Source: a bacterium (GTDB lineage: Bacteria > SZUA-182 > DTGQ01). Taken from it: DNA of 16,522 nt. Under the pieces are notes generated by a model. That model saw only the letters and a list, made by a program, of their open reading frames with translations. It made no database searches and was not told the origin of the DNA. The position numbers and the translations under genes were made by a program. Below are positions 8,738 through 16,349 of the stretch, piece after piece (the stretch's first letter is position 1; every line of letters begins with the position of its first letter). Location: NCBI GenBank assembly GCA_040752695.1, contig JBFMGO010000127.1, positions 1 through 16,522 of the forward strand. The letters run 5' to 3'.

Positions 8738-8890
8738 ACGTATTTTGAGATAATAGATGAGATAAAGAATATTGAAACGATATCCGTTGGTGGAAAAATC
8801 CGAGATATCATGAGGCTTCGCAAGCAGTATGGTCATGAATAGTGGCGGAAACTCAAAGGAATTGCGAAAATCCACCTTCAAATAAAAGGA
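8738..8890 (+). pseudogene. Decayed small conserved hypothetical gene (possibly toxin-antitoxin-associated)
   Basis: Reads (ACG)YFEIIDEIKNIETISVGGKIRDIMRLRKQYGHE*WRKLKGIAKIHLQNK, resembling a family I recall as 'M.FEI.GEI..IETIA.G..IR...RLRK.YG.G.WRK.KG.A'. ACG in place of ATG, in-frame TAG at 8840-8842, and the 3' end is lost before a REP. Confidence 0.7.
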
Positions 8891-8906
8891 CAGAAACAAC
8901 CGGTTG

Positions 8907-9008
8907 CGTAATTCTAAACTGCCTGTACTTAGAATCCAGGCTTCTCGAGAGCTTCTGGATTCTAAGCTGCCACAGGGGTGGGCATCCCTGCTTCGCCCAA
9001 GAATGACG
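8907..9008. repeat. REP-like composite palindrome
   Basis: Outer CGTAATTCT...AGAATGACG and inner perfect 12-bp IR CTTAGAATCCAG (8928-8939) / CTGGATTCTAAG (8955-8966). Shares CTGGATTCTAAGC with the copy at 12921-12994. Confidence 0.75.
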
Positions 9009-9084
9009 GGAAATAGTAAAGCTTGCGGAATATGCGCATTCGCAGATGCCAGATATGAGCATTAGTAAAATAGGGGGTTGATGA

Positions 9085-9624
9085 TTGATTACGAACAAAG
9101 AAGTCAAAGAGATTGCATCTGGCCTCGGAGCTGATCTATGCGGCATTGCTTCTGTGGAAAAATTTTCTGAAGCTCCAAACGGGTTTCATCCCAAAGATAT
9201 TTTCCCTGATACAAAGTCCGTAATTGTTATTGCCAAACGGTTGCCGAATGGCATATTTTACACAAAAGATCCGGTTCCGTATACATCTGCGAGCAGTGTT
9301 ATCCTGCATGAAGTCATTCGAATTTCTTGTGAACTCTGCATCGAGTTGGAAAGAAACAATGGATTCATTGCCGTGCCAATCCCCAGTGAACCATATGAAT
9401 ATTGGGATGAAGATAAAAAGGAGGGGAAAGGTATTTTAAGCTTGAAACATGCCGGCTATCTCGCAGGTTTAGGCTCTCTTGGGAAAAACACTCTTTTTGT
9501 AAATCGCGAATATGGGAACAGGCTTATCCTTGGAGCAGTCCTGTTAAATAGTGCACTTGTGGATGATCAAGTATATGATTACAGGTTTTGTCATGATGCA
9601 TGCACTCTTTGCATCGATTCGTGA
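9085..9624 (+). pseudogene. Epoxyqueuosine reductase (QueG)-like Fe-S protein, C-terminally truncated
   Basis: 'GADLCGIAS', 'P.DIFPDTKSVIV', 'LSLKHAGYLAGLGSLGKNTL....YGNRL.LGAV', then CHDACTLCIDS-stop. The first 4Fe-4S motif is incomplete and the second is absent. Confidence 0.75.
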
Positions 9625-9647
9625 CCAATCTGATCGGTGGATGAAGT

Positions 9648-11546
9648 ATGGCCGAACAACAATATGACGTAATTGTGGTAGGAGCAGGGCACGCCGGGTG
9701 TGAGGCCGCGCTGGCCGGCAGCCGGATGGGGTGCCGCACGCTCCTGATTACCATGAATCTGGACAGTATAGCTCATATGCCCTGCAGTCCCTCTATCGGA
9801 GGACTCGGCAAGGGGCATCTGGTGAAGGAAATCGATGCTCTGGGCGGTGAAATGGGCAAATTGGCGGACAGGACTGCCATCCAGTTTAAAATCCTGAATA
9901 CCAGCAAGGGTCCGGCTGTCCAGGGGTCCAGGACGCAGAATGATAAGCTCCGCTACCATATGGCAATGAAAGAAGTTCTGGAAAAGATAAACCAACTCCA
10001 TATCTGTCAGGACACGGTTGAGGGGCTCCTGGTCGATAAGGGCATGGTCTTTGGAGTCCAGACCAGGATACGGGGCGAAATCACGGCCAGAGCGGTGATT
10101 TTAGCCACCGGCACGTATCTGGCTGGCACGGTCCATGTGGGAACCAGGAGTTTCCCGGCAGGTCGGGCAGGTGAGTTTTCCGCAGAGGGGTTGGCCAGGG
10201 ACTTGCGAAGAATCGGCTTTCAGATCGGCAGATTGAAAACCGGAACTCCTCCCCGTCTCCGGCGTTCAACAATCGATTTCTCGGTGATGAATGAGCAAAG
10301 CGGCGATGAGCCTCCGGGTGCCTTTTCCTTTTCCACGAGCCGGCTGGATCTTCCGCAACTGCCCTGTCATCTAACGCAAACCAATGAGAAAACTCATGAC
10401 CTGATCCGTAAGAACATCCATCTCTCTCCCCTCTACAATGGAACGATTACCGGAATTTCAGCCCGCTATTGCCCTTCACTGGAAGATAAGGTGATGAAAT
10501 TCCCCGACAGGGAGAGTCACCACGTGATCGTCGAGCCGGAAGGGCTCGAGACCGAGGAAATGTACGCCAGCGGCCTTGGCAACAGCCTTCCCTATGAACT
10601 GCAACTGGCTATCGTACGATCGGTCAAGGGCCTTGAAGAGGCCCAAATCATGAGGCCCGCCTATGCCATCGAATATGATTTCATCTTTCCCACCCAATTG
10701 AAAGCTACCTTGGAAAGCAAACTGGTTGGCGGCCTCTATCTGGCGGGCCAGATCAACGGCACGTCAGGCTACGAGGAGGCAGCAGCGCAGGGGATGTGGG
10801 CTGGCATCAATGCCGCTCTTGCTCTCCATGGGCAGGGGCCATTCATCCTGGACCGGTCCGAAGCCTATATGGGTGTTATGGTCGATGATCTGGTTACCAG
10901 AGGAACCCGTGAGCCCTACCGCATGTTTACCTCACGGGCCGAATACCGTCTGCTCCTCCGGGAGGACAATGCAGATGTGCGCCTTGCGGAGAAAGGGTAC
11001 GCCTTGGGCCTGGTCAACAGGGAAAGATACGATGAAATCAGGGAGAAAGAACGAGCCATCCGCCTGGGGCTGGAAAAGCTCGCCACAGTCAAAATCATGC
11101 CCAATGCCAGAACCAACCAGACCTTGTCCAGGCTGGGAACCAGTCCGCTTCAAAAAGTGGTGTCCCTGGATGGAATTTTAAAAAGGCCAGAGATTACCTT
11201 TTCGGACCTCAAGGGGTTCGAAGTATGTCAAGAGGACCAGGAGTGCGCCCGGCTCATCGAAATGAACCCTTCGATAACCCGGCAAATCGAAATCCAGGTG
11301 AAATACGATGGATATATCCAGCGCCAAATGCAGGAGATCAAGCAGTTTCAGAGCCTGGAAAGGATTAAAATTCCACCAGACCTCGACTACCAGGGTCTTT
11401 CCGGCCTATCCAATGAACTGAAGCAAAAGCTCACCCAAATCCGTCCCATCTCTCTTGGGCAGGCATCGCGTATTTCAGGAATGACACCTGCCGCTCTATC
11501 GGTCTTGATGATTCACCTTAAAGCCAGAAAGCCAGTTCCTCGCTAA
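9648..11546 (+). CDS. mnmG: tRNA uridine-5-carboxymethylaminomethyl(34) synthesis enzyme MnmG (GidA)
   Basis: '[18 protein letters not shown]', '[18 protein letters not shown]', '[10 protein letters not shown]', 'RYCPSLEDK', '[17 protein letters not shown]', '[22 protein letters not shown]'. 632 aa. Confidence 0.98.
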   Translation: MAEQQYDVIVVGAGHAGCEAALAGSRMGCRTLLITMNLDSIAHMPCSPSIGGLGKGHLVKEIDALGGEMGKLADRTAIQFKILNTSKGPAVQGSRTQNDKLRYHMAMKEVLEKINQLHICQDTVEGLLVDKGMVFGVQTRIRGEITARAVILATGTYLAGTVHVGTRSFPAGRAGEFSAEGLARDLRRIGFQIGRLKTGTPPRLRRSTIDFSVMNEQSGDEPPGAFSFSTSRLDLPQLPCHLTQTNEKTHDLIRKNIHLSPLYNGTITGISARYCPSLEDKVMKFPDRESHHVIVEPEGLETEEMYASGLGNSLPYELQLAIVRSVKGLEEAQIMRPAYAIEYDFIFPTQLKATLESKLVGGLYLAGQINGTSGYEEAAAQGMWAGINAALALHGQGPFILDRSEAYMGVMVDDLVTRGTREPYRMFTSRAEYRLLLREDNADVRLAEKGYALGLVNRERYDEIREKERAIRLGLEKLATVKIMPNARTNQTLSRLGTSPLQKVVSLDGILKRPEITFSDLKGFEVCQEDQECARLIEMNPSITRQIEIQVKYDGYIQRQMQEIKQFQSLERIKIPPDLDYQGLSGLSNELKQKLTQIRPISLGQASRISGMTPAALSVLMIHLKARKPVPR

Positions 11547-11638
11547 AAATCAGAAACAGCCAAAAAAGATGTTTTTTTTTCCGAAGAAGCAAACGGGTGC
11601 GGCCGATTAAAATAATGGGTATAGGGTTTTTTAGTGTT

Positions 11639-11701
11639 CGGCTAATGGCAAGCTCTTGTTTGTCCAGAGGAAGATAAATGAGATGCCATTAGCCGTTTTT
11701 T
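11639..11701 (+). terminator. Terminator/attenuator-like hairpin downstream of mnmG
   Basis: Perfect 12-bp IR CGGCTAATGGCA (11639-11650) / TGCCATTAGCCG (11684-11695) followed by T6. The loop is unusually long (33 nt). Confidence 0.55.
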
Positions 11702-11822
11702 ATTGCCTTTCGTCCCCCCTCCCTCTTGAACAATCTCGGTGGTTCAGATACTTTCTGCTGTCCGTATAGAGGGAAATTGCGGCTAGAGGGATATTTCTAC
11801 AAAATTGATCACCGTTCCCATA

Positions 11823-11859
11823 CGCAACTGGTTGCGCTGTAATTAAGAAGAGGTATAAT
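11823..11859 (+). promoter_or_regulatory. Putative sigma-70 promoter with an overlapping palindromic operator
   Basis: TTGCGC (11832-11837), 16-nt spacer, TATAAT (11854-11859). Palindrome CGCAAC-TG-GTTGCG (11823-11836) overlaps the -35 box. Confidence 0.4.
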
Positions 11860-12008
11860 TATCTATGATACGGCGTGAAGAGGGAAAGACAAGATTACGA
11901 CGGGTAATAAAAGAACAAGAGTCTCTCTATTGAACCTGGGGCATATACTGACCACCATTTGTATGGCCGAGAGGAAACCTTTATGAATTTGCAGCTATTC
12001 AGCCGATT

Positions 12009-12100
12009 GTCATTCCGAATGATCTTTGGGGAGCGAAGGTCCCGTTGTTGCTGTAAAAGTAACAAGATTCTTCATCATCGCTATCACTCCCTGGAATGAT
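12009..12100. repeat. Degenerate REP-like element
   Basis: Starts GTCATTCC and ends GGAATGAT, with internal GAGCGAAG...AGATTCTTC...CGCT segments typical of GTCATT...GAATGAC REPs. Confidence 0.5.
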
Positions 12101-12594
12101 TTATCTATCAGAATAATCCATGATTAAGAGAAGGTGCATATTCATTTACTAATTATGTACTACTATCTATTTTATACATAGATTGAAATTATAAGAATAA
12201 AAAATACGCTGATTATCAATATGAATGATCCATTTTTCTCATCAGGAGTTGTTCCTGTAACAACTCGTGGCCCGTAGCATTTTTAAACCATAGCTATGCT
12301 AAAGATTACGGTTTTGCCGAGCTCCCCAAATTCAGACAGTAAACAAAAAGATAATGGAAGAGCTGACAGATAACGGAAAATAAAGGCAAACCGTAAATAA
12401 TTTCAAAGAAGTATCAGGGTAAGCGAACCGGATGGATAAAGAGAACAGAGAGGATAACCAGGCATTATTCTCTCTCTGGTATTTATACTATGCAAGATAG
12501 ATATTATCTATCTTCCTGATTTGGTTATATTTTTTCCTATCAGGTATTTCCAATCGGTCGCTATCCCGATCAAAGGTTTCGTTTAGCATTTATG

Positions 12595-12632
12595 TCCCGG
12601 CTAATGTTACTCCGTTGGCCGGGATTTTTTTT
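12595..12632 (+). terminator. Rho-independent terminator with no upstream CDS
   Basis: TCCCGGCTAATG / CGTTGGCCGGGA 12-bp stem (G-U pairs work on +), 6-nt loop, T8 tail. Confidence 0.75.
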
Positions 12633-12897
12633 AGTACAGGCCGCGGGAATTACGCGTCCGGTTGATCCTGTACTTTTCGCGGATACTTTTTAGATAAAGT
12701 CTTTGCCCACCAACATTGGTGATGCCGCTTCCCTACCCAATCGATTTCAAGGAAAAATTTCAACATTATTCTCCCGGGTAATGATCCTTACCAGGAAAGC
12801 ACTACAGAAAAGGAGAGAAGATGTATATTGGAGTAGACTCTTCCTTTTCTTTTTTGCCGAAGATAGCATAAGGTAATACATTATTTGTATATTCTGT

Positions 12898-13055
12898 CTC
12901 ACTACCGGACACTTTTTGCTGTCATTCCCGCGAAAGCGGGAATCCATGCATGGTTGCAGCAAACCCCTGGATTCTAAGCCTACGCGGGAATGACCTGAAA
13001 TACCTGCACTTACAGGTGCATACAGAGCCGGAAATAAAAAGTGTCCGGTAGTGAG
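12898..13055. mobile_element. MITE B, 158 bp, perfect 20-bp TIRs and 8-bp target-site duplication
   Basis: CTCACTACCGGACACTTTTT (12898-12917) / AAAAAGTGTCCGGTAGTGAG (13036-13055). Direct repeat TATTCTGT at 12890-12897 and 13056-13063. No transposase. Confidence 0.92.
12921..12994. repeat. REP doublet GTCATTCCCGCGAAAGCGGGAATCCA...TGGATTCTAAGCCTACGCGGGAATGAC inside MITE B
   Basis: Outer 12-bp perfect IR GTCATTCCCGCG / CGCGGGAATGAC, with inner hairpin ATTCCCGC-GAAA-GCGGGAAT. Confidence 0.88.
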
Positions 13056-13113
13056 TATTCTGTCAAAAACTAATTGAATCACCAGATTCATACATCATTT
13101 GAAGGAGTAATTT

Positions 13114-13656
13114 ATGAAAAGGAATTGGTCGATAATTGAGGGAAACAAAACGTGGATGGTTATCGTCTGGACTATAGTGGTCTTGTCCGGCCTTTTAAGC
13201 GTACTTATCGTATGGACACCGGCAAGAGCCAAAGAGGGTAAAGTTGCAAGCCAACACGTTCAGAATATGCTGGAAACTCATCCCTACAAACAGACAGTAA
13301 AAAAATATATGGATAAGCTCGTAGCAGCCATCGATGAGACATCCATGTGCAGCCAGACATGCGTTACCTGTGCTGATGCCTGCGTGGGGGAGAAAGATAC
13401 CATGCTTGCCGCCTGTATCCGGCTGGACATGGACTGTGCGGATATCTGCTGTACAACCAATAGGTTGCTCTCTCGTCTGACCGAAACGCCTATGAATGTT
13501 GTGCGCAGCCAGCTTCAGACATGCATTGTAGCATGTCAGGAGTGCGGTGCAGAGTGCAATAAGCACGCCGAGCAGTACGAACACTGCCGGATATGTGCTG
13601 ATGCGTGCTCCCGCTGTGCACAGGCATGCACCGATCTATTGGCTGCGATGCAGTAA
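13114..13656 (+). CDS. Cys-rich four-helix-bundle copper storage protein (DUF326/Csp3-like) with N-terminal hydrophobic signal
   Basis: 17 Cys in CxxC/CxxxC repeats (CSQTCVTCADAC, CIRLDMDCADICC, CIVACQECGAEC..H, HCRICADACSRCAQAC). Strong RBS GAAGGAG before the ATG at 13114. Confidence 0.9.
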   Translation: MKRNWSIIEGNKTWMVIVWTIVVLSGLLSVLIVWTPARAKEGKVASQHVQNMLETHPYKQTVKKYMDKLVAAIDETSMCSQTCVTCADACVGEKDTMLAACIRLDMDCADICCTTNRLLSRLTETPMNVVRSQLQTCIVACQECGAECNKHAEQYEHCRICADACSRCAQACTDLLAAMQ

Positions 13657-13674
13657 GCCATCACCCAGAGGTAG

Positions 13675-13740
13675 CCCTCTTTTCTAAAAGGGGAGCCTAT
13701 CCCCCAATACCTCCTCTCCCTTTGGTAAAGGGAGAGGGGG
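13675..13740. repeat. Tandem CCCTTT...AAAGGG hairpins (REP-like, possibly terminating the csp transcript)
   Basis: CCTCCTCTCCCTTT-GGT-AAAGGGAGAGGGGG 14-bp stem (13710-13740), preceded by a similar weaker hairpin (13675-13693). Confidence 0.6.
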
Positions 13741-13980
13741 ACATTTAAGACGCCTTCCTCTTTCAGTTAGGTAAGGGATGTAACGAAGGTCGTCCTCATT
13801 AGCGCGCAGGGTGGTTCCCCTTTGACAGACAGGGGAGGCGGGAAGCCCGGTTGCATGATTGCCAAATTTGGTGGCTATGCAATAGACAATCTGGCTATTT
13901 TGCCTTTACCTGATCGGTACGAACAGGAATAAGCTTGATAATTAATTGAAAAATAATGCTTTTAGATATTTCTCTATTTT

Positions 13981-13996
13981 TGGCATGATAGTTGCT
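13981..13996 (+). promoter_or_regulatory. Sigma-54 (-24/-12) promoter
   Basis: TGGCATGATAGTTGCT matches TGGCACG-N4-TTGCW with correct GG/GC spacing. AT-rich DNA upstream. Confidence 0.75.
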
Positions 13997-14042
13997 TCAT
14001 CTTATGAAATATAAGGATTACCTAATAAAGGGGGTGAATTCA

Positions 14043-14156
14043 ATGACTATCTTTATGCTGTTACTTTATGTTTTTTTAATGCCTTTGGGACCGGATTTTT
14101 TTGAGAAAGTTGCTCATAACAATAGATCTTATTTTAATCATGGTAAAAAAAATTGA
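14043..14156 (+). CDS. Small 37-aa protein with a hydrophobic N-terminus
   Basis: MTIFMLLLYVFLMPLGPDFFEKVAHNNRSYFNHGKKN. RBS GGGGGTGA upstream, directly downstream of the sigma-54 site. Confidence 0.5.
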   Translation: MTIFMLLLYVFLMPLGPDFFEKVAHNNRSYFNHGKKN

Positions 14157-14789
14157 TAGGGGAAGATACAAGTAACTTCACTATATCCATAAGCTAAACG
14201 CTGCTTTCTGATCCACGGGGGATCAGAGCAAATTGAGTAGACGACAGGTTGCAGTTGTTATTATACATACTCCATACATCCTGGAAAGAAAAAAGCAGAT
14301 TACCTGGTATTTATGCGTGGCTGACAACACAATCTGCCCTGCTTAATCCATATCCTCAGACATCACCTGCCCCTTTTCAATTCTCTCATTTGATCTTCTT
14401 CTGATGCGAGCCAAAGGGTGTTTGGCGATGAAACTAAATTCGGCAAGCTCCCTTCAGTCCGTGCCTTTCTCATTCAATCCAACCATTAACCCATGTCTTT
14501 ATTAAAAAGGCGTAAAGGCCAGGAGTCGGTGCAGAATAAACACTCTTTGCCCTGCATTCCGCACTCCGCCCGCCGTGCCACTCCTGGCTTTCGTATCGTA
14601 GCTCGGGTTTTTCATTTTTATTCCTTTGTCCTGACAATCTTTTCTTAACACTTTGGTTTCCTCCGAGCATCTTTACTGTCATGACATCATGATGCATATG
14701 CCCTGACACCTGCCCAGTAACTCTCATGCTGACTTTTCTCCCCTGCTGGAGGATTCGTCATGGTTTTTTTTGCCTTCAACCGAGACGTT

Positions 14790-14830
14790 GATTGTATGGG
14801 AGTAACATTCACTTTTACTCCCATACGATT
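14790..14830. other. Strong hairpin / inverted repeat
   Basis: GTATGGGAGTAA (14794-14805) / TTACTCCCATAC (14815-14826) perfect 12-bp IR, extendable to 16 bp with G-U pairs on +. Confidence 0.55.
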
Positions 14831-14862
14831 ACTATCAGAGGATAGAGATGTGAGGTGTTCGT

Positions 14863-15198
14863 ATGGGTAAGAATTTCAGATTTATACTGATTCTTTTTTT
14901 TGCATGTGTTTTCGCAGGTTACCTGGTTTTTGCTCGTTTTGCATTTGCTGATGGAAATGGAAACCCTCTGCAATACAGGAGGAGCAGGAGTGATACCTTG
15001 AGAAGTACTTCATCGCCCGAACTGGCTGTTGTGACCGAGGAGATTATACCTCTTCCAGAAGCTGTTCAGAACATGATCGATCTATTGGCCACAGACCAGC
15101 AGACTGCTGAAAAGGTAAAAGATTCCATAGCTGTCTGGGCGACAAAGCAGAGGGACCGTCTAATGCGATGGCGGGTACATACGATGACCGAGAATTAA
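14863..15198 (+). CDS. Hypothetical secreted protein, possibly frameshifted or truncated
   Basis: RBS GAGGTG. Signal-peptide-like N-terminus ending AFA-D. The overlapping ORF 15168-15371 may be its continuation. Confidence 0.55.
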   Translation: MGKNFRFILILFFACVFAGYLVFARFAFADGNGNPLQYRRSRSDTLRSTSSPELAVVTEEIIPLPEAVQNMIDLLATDQQTAEKVKDSIAVWATKQRDRLMRWRVHTMTEN

Positions 15199-15614
15199 CT
15201 GGAGTTTTCCCGTCAAGCAAATTCGTAGCGTGCCTCGACGATTCTCAGGCTGTGATCTCATGGGAATATTCCCGGCGAGAAGGACCGTCGAGGCCGCGTT
15301 TTCAAAAAAACAAACCCTGTTCAAAAATACCCCTCCCCCCTTTTTTAAGTACACCCCTCCCCCTTTTATAGCGGTTTTCTGTTGGGTACGCTGAGTACAG
15401 AGATTTCACAGAGTATTTCATTCTGTGATTATCTCCGCCTCTTCCCCTTCCCCAAAGAGCAGGATTCTACGTGCATAAAATATTGAACAGGAAGCATAAA
15501 ATCTATGCTAACTTACCGCACAGAATAAAAAGCTATAACCTGCTCCAATGATATGAATAGAGCATTTTATACTTAATCATGAATAAAGAAGCCGCAGCTT
15601 GATAGACGGGAAGT

Positions 15615-15630
15615 TGGCATCAATTTTGAT
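15615..15630 (+). promoter_or_regulatory. Possible sigma-54 promoter (variant -12)
   Basis: TGGCATCAATTTTGAT has correct spacing but TTGA instead of TTGC. About 100 nt upstream of the GNAT gene. Confidence 0.4.
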
Positions 15631-15731
15631 ATGGCATAAGATGTTGTGGAAGACAGGTCAAACCCATAGGCGAAACGGCCAATCATTGTTCTTAATTTAA
15701 CAACTATGTAAGATTACGAGGAGGTGAATAG

Positions 15732-16349
15732 GTGGTGAGTCAGATGGATACTATCTTTATTCGTAAGGCAAAAACTGAAGAAGGTTTGAACCGGGTCTTT
15801 AATGTTCGATGGGCAGGATACAAGAAGTATTTCAACAAAAAGGAGGAGGCTATTGATAAGTACGATTACGCACCCAATGTCACTTTGCTCCTCGCTGAAG
15901 ATGGATATCACGAGCCGGTAGGAACAATGAGAATTCTCGATCGAAGACACGGGAAGATAGAGCTCGATGAATTTGTTGAAGTCGATTCCCTTATCCCCGA
16001 TAATGAGAGGCCATGTGCCGAGGTAACCCGCTTTTCATTCTCAAAGCACTTGAAATCGAAATTAATCAAGCTGCTGCTGTGGAAGGCGGTCTTTCGGTAC
16101 TGTCAGGTGAATCAGATCAACACCATGCTTATTTCGCTGCCTCCATCTGCCGTCCGTGATTATCAGCGTTTGTTTCTCTTGGAAGACACCGGACCTTCGG
16201 GTGTTTACCACCACCGGCTATTTAAAAATGCAGAGCATCACACTTACAAGTGTGATATTCCCAAGACATTGGAGTTTCTCAAATCCAGTAAACACCCACT
16301 TTACGACTTTTTCTGCATCGATGACCACTCCAATATCAACATGGAATAA
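15732..16349 (+). CDS. GNAT-fold N-acyltransferase, N-acyl amino acid synthase (FeeM-like) / LuxI-related
   Basis: 'IRKAKTEE.L..VF.VR...Y', 'DKYD', 'VGTMRI', 'AEVTRF', 'LLWKAVFRYC', 'YQRL'. RBS GAGGAGGT upstream of the GTG. Confidence 0.75.
   Translation: MVSQMDTIFIRKAKTEEGLNRVFNVRWAGYKKYFNKKEEAIDKYDYAPNVTLLLAEDGYHEPVGTMRILDRRHGKIELDEFVEVDSLIPDNERPCAEVTRFSFSKHLKSKLIKLLLWKAVFRYCQVNQINTMLISLPPSAVRDYQRLFLLEDTGPSGVYHHRLFKNAEHHTYKCDIPKTLEFLKSSKHPLYDFFCIDDHSNINME

Noticed and set aside
9591..11181. Several alternative-frame and antisense ORFs within mnmG (likewise inside the GT, wzm/wzt and csp genes)
   Set aside because: Shadows of well-supported coding sequences.
12262..12325. Minus-strand resemblance to a c-di-GMP-I riboswitch (GGCAAAACC...GCATAGCTATGG)
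   Set aside because: Lacks the GNRA-capped P2 stem and has no downstream gene. A cmscan would be needed to rescue it.
8414..13063. Dispersed palindromic repeats read as a CRISPR array or attC sites
   Set aside because: No regular repeat-spacer period, no cas or intI gene, and no RYYYAAC/GTTRRRY-bounded cassettes.
12747..13091. 114-aa minus-strand ORF
   Set aside because: It runs through MITE B and the REP. 'MDSRFRGND' is the typical spurious translation of this repeat.
13810..13865. GGTTCCCC...GGGAAGCCCGGT resembling the 5' part of a cobalamin riboswitch
   Set aside because: No pairing partner for the CCGGT stem and no GCCACTG/B12 box.
14470..14727. 85-aa minus-strand ORF with a GGAG upstream
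   Set aside because: No recognisable domain, and it overlaps a strongly structured segment. Unsupported, though not excluded.
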